Origin: the human T2T-CHM13v2.0 reference genome, Homo sapiens
Length of the DNA: 64,000 nt
Strand: one strand, 5' to 3'
NCBI RefSeq assembly: GCF_009914755.1
Contig: NC_060945.1
Both the position numbers and the translations under genes were made by a program. Positions 26,891 through 39,560 of this stretch are shown here, one piece after another; position 1 is the first letter of the stretch, and every line of letters begins with the position of its first letter. Under the pieces are notes generated by a model. It made no database searches, was not told where the DNA came from, and worked only from the letters and a program-made list of their open reading frames with translations.

Positions 26891-29800
26891 ACACTCAACT
26901 AAGCACTTGGATATGCTACACACACACGGACTATTTTACTCATGTTATCCTTGCATTACTTGTCATCAAGTCTCAAAATAACCTTCTGGGGTTAGCATTA
27001 TCTTCATCCTTATCTTTTCAAAAAAGATACTGAGCATGGGAAACTAGATTGTAGAGTCATCCAGTTAATAGGTCAAGCCAAGATTCAGCCTTGGGCAGTG
27101 TGGCCTCAGAACCACGTTTATAATAGTATGTACTACTTGAAGTGTTTTTCACTTAGTTACATTCAAGTTAGGGTCTCCTTCAGTCCTAATAATCTACGAA
27201 TTATCTTAGAAGAACAAATTGAAAATCAGTAACAATTGGCATTTACTTATTAGTTTAATTGCATAAGGATAGAAAATTGTCCATCTCCTGGGTCACTTTC
27301 TTTCCTAGTTAATTTGAAAGTTAATGTTTCACTGTGAAAGATGAGAATATAAAACCAAAGCTCTCTATCACCTGAGTTCAGTACTTTCTCCTGAACTTTT
27401 TATGGGGAATCATAAAAGCTGATCATGGGGATATTTGAAGCTTTATGTAATACTTCCCAAGTATGAAATAAAGTAATGAATATTTTGTATTGTTTAGTGG
27501 TTGTAAAAAAAAAAAGAGAGACAGACACACCTCCCTCTAATAAAGAAAATTCAGAAAAGGGCATGATTTATCAAGACTCTTTATTATGGCTGATGTCATG
27601 GGACAGAACAATATTAATAAGAGAACAGATAATTGTACCATGGCCTGAGAAACAAAGACTTAATACAGATTATCTAACCTTACATCATTCTCAAGAGAAA
27701 GGGAAGGAGCAGGTGTAACATCTGCACTTGGCTGTGGGGAAAAAGTGAGAATACAGAGTAGCTCACTGACTTGGCCAAAAACATTCTGTAAATCAGTAAC
27801 TAGAAAAATGTTTGTATTTTTGTTTTTGAGCATTCTTCTTTGAATTAATAATAATTCTTCAGGAACAAACTGATAGTATTCTTGGCAATTCTAGCACTTA
27901 CATTTTCAAGTGTTTTTTACAAGAATATTGTGCTTTTCCAATGGCTCAAACTAAATATACTTAACTGACAAATAAATATTTATGAAGTATCAACAGTTTA
28001 TCTAGCTCTCTGCAAATACCCTGTGTTGAAGAAGTTTGCCCATCTACCTAAAGAAGCAGGATGCGTAGTATTTAAGGGATCAACTAATTGATAATAAGAA
28101 AAACAGGTAATATATACTAAGATACCTTTTCCACCTTGCAATTGGCATGAATTTTCTCTTTACAACAATCCAATGATATAGGTACCAATTTTATTCACTC
28201 TTTGTACATGGGAAAATTGAAACAGAGAGAGATTAGGTGAGCTGCCAACTAACACAGAAGCTGTCTGAGAGAGAAACCCAGACAAGGACACAATAGAGTA
28301 CATATTTTCAATGGCTTTGCCATATGCACAGACCTTAACATCTGTCAATTAGTGGAGAAATGAGAGAATAATGTCCACAGAAATCATTGGAAAATACTAA
28401 TGAAGGTTCAAGGTTCAAACCGGCCATTTAAAAATAATTAGTATATGCCTTAATCATTGGTCCTGGACTTGGGATATGCCATCTTAGGAACATTTTGAAA
28501 TTGTGTGTGTGTGTGCATGTGTGTGTTTGTGTATGTGTGTGTTTAGAAGAGTAGAATTTGGTTGCCACAATGATTGGATGACTTCCTGGGCATTCAATAG
28601 ATGGAGGCCTAATAGTCCTCCTTTATAAACAAGACATAAAATCATCAGTCCTGCACAAAGATGCCTTATCGTGTAACTTGTGTAACTTTCCAATGATCTT
28701 TTGGATAATAACTGAAAAACTTGTTTATGATCATGAACATAGAACTCTACTCCTCTTAGATTAAAACCCGAAGTAAATATTTTAATGCACAGTGAAGTTG
28801 CAGGAATGCAGAAACTAGTAAATCACAGGAAGGCTGACTTTTGATTTGTTTTGAACTTATACTAAGAGTTGTTCAACATTTAAAAAAATCATATCACCCA
28901 TGGCAATAGTAGCCATGGAATTTGAGTCACAAATCTAATATCTGTATCAATCGGTCTTTCTAGCTCTCATATTTTGAGTGAATTCACATAAAAAACAAGC
29001 ATCTGATAATTTTTATATCTTTCAGTGAAGATGTTCTTAGTCAATCACATAATAAAATATCTTTTAAATAAATTATTTTCCTTTAAAGTTTCCCTTATAA
29101 GTAGGGCATGCTGTTGGTATTTCCAAATGATTATTTTGTTTCATCTGTGACTTTCATTCCAGAATAAGCAACAGGACATTATACAATACTTGATATAAAA
29201 GGGTATGATAGAGCTGTGATGCCCTAGTTTAGATGAATGTATGCAGAAAGGGCATGGGGCATAGAGCTGTTTTATTTATTCTTTTTTCATTATTTCAACA
29301 TATTTTTTGAGCACCTACTATGTGTCAGCCTACACTACTGTGCAGTGGTCCTAGAACAGTGAATAAGAGTAAATTCCTTATTCTCATAGCCTTTACTTTG
29401 TAGTAAAGAAACTAGCACTACTTAGAAATAAGACAAAATAAGGCCCACATATCCTTTCAATGTCATACTGGAACATTGCCTAATAAACTCAACCAAAGAT
29501 TATTTAATTATTTAGGAGACTGTACTTTGTTTTATTCAGTATGTACTATTGGTTAGGGCTCAAATGTTGTAAAGTTGCATGCTAACTTATAGATTTTCTA
29601 CTGTCTTTGTGAAAAGTAGAAAGATAAGTTCTGGTTTTATTGTTCTTTGGACACTAAAGAGACTTAATTTAGCAAGCTTATTTCAGTATGGCTTTCTTCT
29701 AATATTCTGCAATCAGCATTCCTAAACATAAAATGTATAAAACATGTTCATTGTATATATTGGCATAAGAGTCATATTTGAAACTTATTGAATATTTTAA

Positions 29801-30203
29801 TTTCACACATTCTAGTAAGAGTCACAGTAAAGGGATGAGGTTGGAATAAACATTGAGAGCCTTAAGAGCTAGGCAAAAGAGATTAGCTTTTAAGATAGAA
29901 AATCGAGATCAATTATGTTTCTTAACCCGGTTATCTACTTGACAAGAAAGATACTAAGATGACACACAAAACCTGGGAAATATTTATTATATTTTTGTTA
30001 AATTTAAGTCAATGGCTATTTGATTTTAGTTAGAGAATCTTCTTGTGCTATTAAGCATAAAATATCAATTCAGCACTTCAAATGATATTCACAACTTTCT
30101 CTTGATATGGCAGGCTAATATCCTAAAATTCCCTCATATAAAGATTTAACATTCCCTCCTAAAAGTTTTTAAATTCCTTCATGTAAAAATTAAAAATTCT
30201 TGT

Positions 30204-30526
<323 letters not shown>

Positions 30527-32024
30527 CTAATGCCTAGGAAGTTTTTGAGAAAATAAGGTAACTTTTTCTAGAATAAGAATGGAGAAGAAATATAATTTTG
30601 GGGAGACCAGCCAAAGAAGCATCTATGAATGCCCTCAGAGAACCTTCCATTCCCTGGTGGGCTACAGTTGCAGTTAGAGTATTTGGTGCTCAGGGATTGG
30701 GACGTAAGCCTGGATTCAGATTAAAGATCTCAGAATAAAGTTAAGATTCTCAAGGAAGAACATCTTAAGGAGAAATATTAAACTAGAATAATTTGTCTGA
30801 CCATTAAGTCAGACAAAAAAGAAAATTTATCTCAGCCTAATATTAGGTAGCCTGAGACATTCTATCCCTATAGAGATTTGGGCCTAGATTAATCCTATTT
30901 GCGTGGTTCACAAAATGCAGGCTGGGAATTTTAATCTAAAATGAATTTAGGTTAATAGTGCCCAAAGGTAAGTAACAAAAACAAACGAAACATTTCTCTG
31001 AGGGAATCAATGAATTCTCACAGATAGATCACCACTAGACAGGATTCACAATCACAAATCCCAAAATATACAAGGAAATATCAAGATATGTGTGAACTAC
31101 ACAAGCAAAAAAACAGCAGAATAAGACCTCTAAAAACTTGATATTAAAATCGTTGGGTACAGTAAGTAAAGTAAAATCTGTACAATGAAATGAAATATAG
31201 ACTCAAGTAGCAAGAGTTTATCAAATAAGCAGGAGTATTTGAAACAAAACAAAGCAGGTAGAAATTTAAGAAATATTAAAATAAAAAACTGAAAAATTGT
31301 TTTTACAAGAGATAAAAAATAATTCATTATTTGGAAGATACATTTAAAGAATTATTTACACATAACAATGGAAAATAAAGTTGAATGGTAAGAAAAAGTT
31401 TGAGTGTTCTGGAGGATAGAAAATGTCCAGCATCAGCCAAAGTGGGGTTATATTTAACTCGAATTAATATATACAATGGGGAAGGTCATATTCAACATGA
31501 ATGATAATTTTTCAGAAAGTCAGATTCTGAAATTAGAATTCCCAAGTTGTCAGAATTAGGAAGCATGTTTAATTCTAAGCAGAGAAAAATATATTCTTTG
31601 CCAGATGTGTTGTGACAAACTACAGAACATCAATGACAAGACAGAAAAATGTTAATACAAGTTGAGGGAAAGAAAGACAGTTTGCTTACAAAGGAACTAC
31701 AACTAGAATTATAGCTGCCTATTCAACAGCAAAAATTAAGCCAGAAGACAGTGGAATAGTATCTTTAAAAATAGGGAGAGATTTTTGCCTCTAAGAGAAA
31801 TGCGGGAATATAGGATTTGGAGGGACGGATACAGAGAGCTTCTCTTCTAGAGCAGAGAAATATTTTCCTAATTTGTCTTGCTAATCTCCACTTCTCCAAA
31901 CCCCAAATATATGCAACAAATATAAATGTCATGGTTGTTACTTACTAAGCAGTGTTACTGAACGAGCTACCTGCTCTGATTTCAGAAGTAAATAAAACTT
32001 AGCCCTAGCCTTAGAGGATATTCT

Positions 32025-32505
32025 AGACAGAACAATGTTCTCTCCCCATTCCCAATGATGTCCACATCCGAATCCCCTTAATATAGAAAAAGAGACTTTG
32101 CAGATGTGATTAACTCAAGGACCTTGACATAGGGCTATCATCTTGGATTATCTGAATGGGTCCAATGTAATTACAAGGATTCACGTAAGAGGGAGACAAG
32201 AAAGTCAACATTAGGAAAAGGAGGATGACAATAGCAGCAGAGGCTGGAGTGATGCAATTTGAAGATGGAGAAAGGGACCATGAGTCAAGGAATGCTGGTA
32301 TCCTATGGAAACTGGAAAAAGCAAGGAAGCAGGTTATTCCCTGGAGTGGAGCCCTCAGTAGAGGTGCAGCCCTGCCAACACCACACCTTGATCTTGCCCT
32401 GTAAAACTCATTTTGGACTTCCGGCCTCCAGAACTGTAAAAGAATATGTTTATATTGTTTAAAGTTTGTGGTACTTTGTTCAGCACCAATAGGAAACTAA
32501 TCTAC
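32025..32505 (+). mobile_element. MLT1D-like LTR
   Basis: gatgtccacatcc...gactttgcagatgtgattaa...cctccagaactgtaa...ggaaactaat. Confidence 0.8.
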
Positions 32506-33670
32506 ATTAGTTTATATTCTTTCTGAAGGATCATGTGCTATAGAACACTCATGTATGATAAGAAATAAGTATTATAATGTACATGTATGGCTCAGAAAAT
32601 AGCACGGAGAATTCTATGAAGTAGAGAATAAAGGGACAGAAACATTGTTATAGAGAAATGAGACTTGAGCCAGCTTTGGAAATCTGTGTGCTTTCCAGGC
32701 AAACAAGCTCACCAGTAACCTCTCCCAACTTGACATGCCTTCCCTGCTCCCCAAGCCTGAGGTCTAAATGAGGTGTTCCCTCCATAGGCTTTGAAAGCAC
32801 ATCGGGCATCATCAGACTCAGGGCCACCTTGTGCTTTTTGTTACTGTTCTCACAATGGCAGAAATCCTGCCATCCTGGGGTCTGCGTCTGTGTCTCTTGT
32901 AGCAAAGGAGCCCCTAGTAAGGAATGGACATGTGGCATTGTTTGCAGAATGAAGGCGGTGTTAGCCAGGCCACAGAGGTGTGAACCCACTGGCATCTTCA
33001 GGGAACCAAGCATGACTCCTTTTCACTAGGGCATAGGATGCAAGTCAAGAACAATAGAGATTGAGAAGCTAGAGCTTGCCTGTGGCTCAGTGTCAGCATT
33101 GGGCAGCTCTGATCATGTAATTGCCTCCCTCCAAATTTTCCTGTGTTACCATTGCGGTTTAGTGAAGTGACTTCACTTGGCATTTATGGCCTTGGACCCA
33201 TATTATGTCTTGAAACCACCTTTCTGATCTAATTTGCTCTTATTTCCTTTTATTTGCTCTCAACCAAATTAAACTCACCTTATCTTTTTCCAGCTCTACA
33301 TTTTGGTCAAAGCTCTTCTCATTCAACGTTACCTGAACATTTCTAACTCCCCATCCAATTGAATCTCCAACTCTTTACCCTCAAAATTTCACCTAAATTT
33401 CCATCTCATACATGAAAACCTTACTGTGTTTCTCCTGTACTCACCCCCAGATATGATCTATTTTTTCTCTTTTCAGTAAAAACCAGTAGCACTTTGTCTT
33501 TCTATATGACAGTCTGCCCCTTCAAGTAACAGTCATGTACCAATCTGTGCCACCTTTCTTTTGTCCCTGGACTCAATCATCTTCAAGGGCATTTCTCAAT
33601 TATTCATTTGATGTTGGTTCTTACCACAACACTGAACAAATTTTAAATACTCTGTGACCAATAAGAATAT

Positions 33671-33781
33671 AGGTGCAGCAAACCACCATGGCATATGTAT
33701 ACCTCTGTAACAAACCTGCACATTCAGCACATGTATCCCAGAACTTAAAGTAAAATAAAACAAAAAATAAAATAAAATAAA
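33671..33781 (+). mobile_element. Very short L1PA 3' tail with TSD
   Basis: ggtgcagcaaaccaccatggca...cagaacttaaagt plus A-rich tail; TSD aataagaatat at 33660-33670 and 33782-33792. Confidence 0.88.
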
Positions 33782-35329
33782 AATAAGAATATGTCAGATT
33801 AATTTTATTTTGAAACTAACACCAATACAAAATGTGATGACTGTTTTAATAGAAATCCAGTGGGTTATCACTTTATTCCTCTGTTGTTATGTCTAAGGCA
33901 TGTTAAATGATCTTTCTAAAAGGTTATGCCTAAATTTACCAGTCATACACAATTACATCCATAGTCAAAACATGTTTTGTCATCTATCAGAGACAGTCAA
34001 CTCTACTCCTAAGGCATTTCAAGTTTTGTCCTTTCAAAACAACAGGTGGGTGTTATTCTCCCAGGCAATCCTGTGTTATGCCTAGAAGATAGCAGACAGC
34101 CACATAAATCAGCTGTACTTTTTCATATAATCATTAGAGAAATGTAAAAAACTGCGTAGAAAAAAAGCACCTAAAGCTTAAGAGAATTACTGATCACGAA
34201 AGGTTTCACCTTATTTAATATTTTAGGTGTGGCCCCCTTGATAAATTGAAATAGCTTTGGGTTTCTTGTTGTTGTTGTTTTGCTTAGTGTGTGTGATCCG
34301 TGTCTAAGGCAATAAAATGCCAAACCTTCACTCACCTGAGTGGCAAAGCCTGCAAAATTCAATCAGGCGGTGATCTCTAGAGTATAGCATTTTCAAAGAA
34401 TATTCAAAAGCTACCAGCTGTAAACATAACACACACAAAAAAAAACAGAAAAACCAAACCATGCATCTCTTAGCTGGCTGTAAATGTACTAATCAGTGAT
34501 TTGGGGGGAAAAAACGGTGTAAACATGGTGGATATATTTTCGACAGTAATCATAATTCTTGTCCAGATGATGTGAAGGGTTATAAAATAAGCCTGTTAGG
34601 TTTCCCAAGCACTTGTGTGTCGAGTATATGTAAAATGCTTCATTAAAACATCTTAGACTTTACAGTGGATATTTTGCTGGTATTAAGCTTGTGTTTGTAA
34701 ATAGAAGTGCTAATTATTTAGGCATGCAATTGCTCACACGAATAGCCTATGGGTCAGAGTAGTTTTAGACTTTACTTTTTTCTATAATTAAACATATAGC
34801 ATTTAAAGAACATTTTTTTAAAAAACATGAAAACACAGTATTCCCTGGAGCATATCACATGTGAATTTAGAAGCCAGATTATAACGCAATTTTTGCCTGC
34901 AAATAAATGAGTTCAACATTAACAATAATTAGAGACATAAGGTCCTCTGAATTCTAAAAAGTTACCCCCAAATCTAAATATTATTTAATAAATTTAATAG
35001 TTGCATAATATTGATTTCCCCAAAATCACGGGTAAAAGGTTTTTCTTGAAGCAGTTATAAGCTATATTGTGGCAAAAAATTAGCCAATATACTTAATCAG
35101 GATAAAAGAAAAATGAATAATACAATTTTTAAAACTTTTTTTAATTGGCTTTGGGAGAATTTTGAGAATTTGCCACCATTTACAGTGACATAAAAGAGAT
35201 AATCATATGTTTCTTATACTGTGATGCAGCCAGCCACTCCAGACTGAACAAACTGGTGTCTTTTTGGTATTCCCATTCGGCTCTATCTGTGAACTTGACT
35301 ATGACCCTGACTCACCACAGCCAAACCTG

Positions 35330-35490
35330 AAAAAAATAAAACTACCTATCGGGTACTATGCTGATTATCTGGGTGATGAAATAATCTTGACACAAAATTC
35401 CCTCAACACACAATTTATCTATATGGCAAACCTGCACATTTACCCTTGAACCTGAAATAAAAGTGAAAAAAATTAAAATTAAAAAAGATA
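35330..35490 (+). mobile_element. L1 (old L1PA/L1PB) 3' tail
   Basis: actacctatcgggtactatgctgatta...aacctgcacat...aataaaagt. Confidence 0.8.
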
Positions 35491-37464
35491 AGATTTAGAG
35501 GAAAATAAATCTAGTCAAGACATAGTAGAGATGCTGTTTGGTTGGCTGTTTTTCCCTCCACCTAATACTCTATCATGAACATTTTTTATGTCATTACATA
35601 TTTGTCTACCTCATTATATTTATGATGATACTGTGTTTCATTGTGTGAATATGCATAAGCATAATTTATGTAATCTACTGATTAAATATCTTTTTTACTT
35701 ATAGTAGGGAATAAAATAATGTATTTTTGAACTTTTTTTTTTCGGAAGTAAATTATATTTGCTTGCAATTACGCTTGGCTTTATGTAATACACACTCATG
35801 CTGCTTATACAAATAAAATGTTTATTTTTCTCTCTTAAAAAAAAATTCTAGAGTTTGGCAGCTCAGGGCTGGTGCAGCTGCTCTGTTAAGTCCTCAAGGA
35901 CAGAAACTCTGTCTGGAGGCCTGATTCTAGCAACCAAGCATGTACCATTTGTCCTCAGAGTCTCAGAACGGCTGTCACCTGCAGGCAAAGGAAAGGCAAG
36001 TGTGTCCATGTTCCTGAGACTGTCTCTATCAGAAAATACAAAACTTTCTAGGGAGACTGACCTAGGAGATTCTCACTTAGGTCTCACAGGCCAGACATGG
36101 GTGACGTGGTAATCTCTAGGTCAAGAAAATATTGAGAGGAGAATATTTTTAACAGGGCACGTTTATGCTCTGAAAAATGTCAGTGTTCTCTTAGAAAATA
36201 AGAAGGAAAAATGGATACTGGGCAGCCAACTATCAGTGTCTGTCACAGAATTATACATATGCATAAGAGTATCTTACTCAAGGGTAATTAAGTGTCCAGT
36301 AATTCTTGGGACGGATCTCTGGGTATAGCAGTAAGTCTTTAAACAGAACTACTGTTACATACAATTTGTAGTTTAGATCCATATATTTGTCAAATATTTG
36401 AAATTACAGTTCTATAAACATTTCCCATATGTAATGGTAGAGGCGGGTGGAGAGAAACTCACCTATTTCTTTCTTATATCTTTAATAACACCCAGGCAAC
36501 ACTCTACCCAAGATTCCTTAGAAAAATAATTAATTCAATTGTCCTTGTGCTAAGAGGGACAAAAGCCTAATCTATGATAATAATGAGAGTTTCCAAGAAC
36601 TGTATCAGTAAACAGCTGAGATTTCCTTATTGCTTTTCCTTAAAAAAGTCAATTCCACCTCACACGTTATCTCATTCATCTTTACAATGTAAGTGTCATT
36701 TCCTGTTCCTTCTGGATCGTGTGTTCCCTAATCAGTCAAATCGCGTCTTCCAGCCTCCGTTATGAATATTTCCATCGCTTGTGCGCTCCAGGAAAACCTG
36801 GCCACCTACACCCTCCCTGAAAATGTATTTTTGCCTGCAGTGATCTAGAGAAAGGGGAAGGCTATTTTACTGACCCAAATGGTTCAACTAAATTTGATTT
36901 CAGCCTTGGAAGCAAAGAGGCATTCTCCTCTTATTCAGCGTCATTGCCAACTTTAAATCAATACCTCTCCCATTGTCCTAAAACCTCCAAATCTAAAGAT
37001 CTTGCTATCAGATTATATTATATACTTCTATCCCTCTTCTTCACACTTGATATAGTCACTTAAAGACTCCTGCGTCACTTTCTCTCATTCTTTGAACATT
37101 TTAGCTTTTGCCTTTCTGTCGCTTTCTCTACCAATATTTTTGTCTTTATTGAAAATGAATTCATGATACATTATGATAATCCGGCTGATGTCCTGGGCCT
37201 CTCCATTCCCCACCATCATCTCCAATGATCCTACTTTCTACTTCAGCTCAGCCAGCTACTTGAAAGGCACACAAATCTTAACTGAATATTAGAAGTATAT
37301 AGGAGAAATTTAAGAAAATACTAACATCTGGGCTCTATCCTCCCAGATGTTGATTTAATTGTTTTGATTTAAATTCTCCAGGTGGGGCTTATATGTAGCC
37401 CAAGAGAAAGACTGCCTAGACATTTTTATTCTCAATAATTTCACCTCTTATATTCTCAATAATA

Positions 37465-37650
37465 AGTGAACCCAAAATATCTGAGACGAGTCTCAATCAA
37501 TTTAGAACGTGTTTTGCCAAGATTAAGGAAGGGTCCGAGGTGGTCGGAGGACAGCTTGCTTTAACACATTTGAGGGAGACATGAGAGACATCAATCAATA
37601 TGTGTAAGATGTGTACTGGTCTGGCCCAGGAAAGTGGGACAACTCCAAAT
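37465..37650. mobile_element. MER4-group ERV1 LTR fragment
   Basis: aacccaaaatatctgagac..gtctcaatcaatttagaa...gggagacatgag. Confidence 0.65.
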
Positions 37651-37679
37651 GGGATTACTCCAATCTAATAGAGCATTTT

Positions 37680-37911
37680 ACTGCTTTCCTATTGCTACTG
37701 TAACAAATTACAAACATTTAGTGGCATAAAGAGCACCAACTTATTATGTTACTCTTCTTGGAGTCGGAAGTCCAAAATAGATAGGCAGGGCTATATTCCT
37801 TCTAGCAGCACTAGGGGAAAGTCCATTTCTTTGTCTTTTTTCAGCTAGTGGCTTCCTTCATCCTTGGCTCATGGCTCCTTCTTCCATCTTCGCATTCATC
37901 AGTGTAGCATT

Positions 37912-37944
<33 letters not shown>

Positions 37945-38260
37945 TGCTCTCTCTCTTTCTCCTCTCACATCTCTTCTAACTCTTCCGCTTTCTTCTTTCC
38001 CTTATCAGAACTAGTGATTTCACTGGGCCTACCTAGATATTCCCACATAATCTCTTGAAGATTTTTCATCACGTTTTCATTTCAAGATTTTTCATTACAT
38101 AATCTCTTCATTTCAAGAGTTTTTTTAAAATCACATAATCTCTTCCTTTCAAGATTTTTCATCACATATAAGGATTTTTGCCATGTAAGATAACATATTC
38201 ACAGGGTCTGGGGATTAAAATGTGGACATCTTAGGTGGGTCATGATTTTACCTATTATTA
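37680..38260 (-). mobile_element. MLT1 LTR with internal (CT)n and local duplications
   Basis: ttcctattgctactgtaacaaatta...gggattaaaatgtggacatctt. Confidence 0.7.
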
Positions 38261-38399
38261 CATAAGCATTCAAACCATGCAATACAGCCAGTCTTTAAAA
38301 TCAAACAAATGAATACTTTACCTTGAATGGCAACCCCTTCCTACTGCTATTTCTAAGCTCTTTTAAAAATAAAAATCGATAGAATTGCCTCTTCTGTTT

Positions 38400-39560
38400 T
38401 CTTTGATATATTTCCTCCCATTCTCTTTTCAATTATTTTCAAGCGGACTTTGTTCTTCATAACTCCCATAAAAAACTCTTTTTAAAGCCACTGATAATTT
38501 CCACATTGTTAAATTTTGCTATGAATTCTTAGTTCTCATCTTACTTAACAGATGAGAAGAAGGTGGTCCATTGACAACTTCCTTATTTGTTCAGTGTTAA
38601 GTTCTAGGGATGTCACTTTCTTCTGGTTATTTTCTTACCTCTCTGGTGAATTTTTCACATTCTCTTTGGCGAGATTTTTCTTTTTGCCAACCTCTAAACA
38701 CTACGTGTTCCAGAGTGACAATATAAATGCTCTGATTTCTGTGTATGTGCTGACAGCTTCCAAATTTTTATCCCTAGCTTGGAGCACTCCCCTGAAATGC
38801 AGAGATACATGCAAATGTCAACTCTGCTATTTTCCTTGAAAATCTCCACAGGCATCTCAAATCTAGAATGACGAAGACCAAATTGCCAATTGTTACAAAT
38901 AACCACGCCAAACTGCTTATACCATCTCAGTGGCAATTCTCTCCTGCAGAGTTTATTCATCCAAAAACATCGGTGCTACCCTCATAGCATCTTTGTATTT
39001 CTGTCTTCAGGTTCCACTGATCAGCATGTCAGTTTTGCCTGCAAATATGTCCAGAATCAAATCACTTCTCACCACATCCACCACTATCAGCTGATCCAAG
39101 CCACCATCATTTTTTTGTCTTCATTCAGCAGTCTGGTCTCCTAGCCCTTGCACCCCTACAACATATTTTCAATACAGCAACCAGGATAGTCTTTTAAAAA
39201 TGAAGTCAGATTATGTCATTCCTCTGCTTAAGCCTGAAAAGGCATCTCCTCTTACTCAGAGTAAGAGTCGAACCCCTTACAATGGCTCACTACCTCACTA
39301 CCTCTCTGAACTCATCTCTGGCAATTGTTTTCCTTGCCTGTATTGCCCAAGAGAAGCTGAAATCCTGGCAGTTACTCAAACTGCATAAGCAGTCTTCCTC
39401 TTCAAGGCTGCACTCTCTTTTCTCCACATAGGAAAGACATTCCTTGGATATTCCCATGGCTCAGTTTCTCGCTTTCTTTAGGTCTTTGCTTGAAAAGTTT
39501 TGCCTTTCTCCTACACAGGTATTTCTATTCCTTGACCCTCATCTGTTGTTTTCAATAATA
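38400..39560 (-). mobile_element. L2 fragment
   Basis: ttctcatcttactt...caggcatctcaaa...tccaagccaccatcat. Confidence 0.65.
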
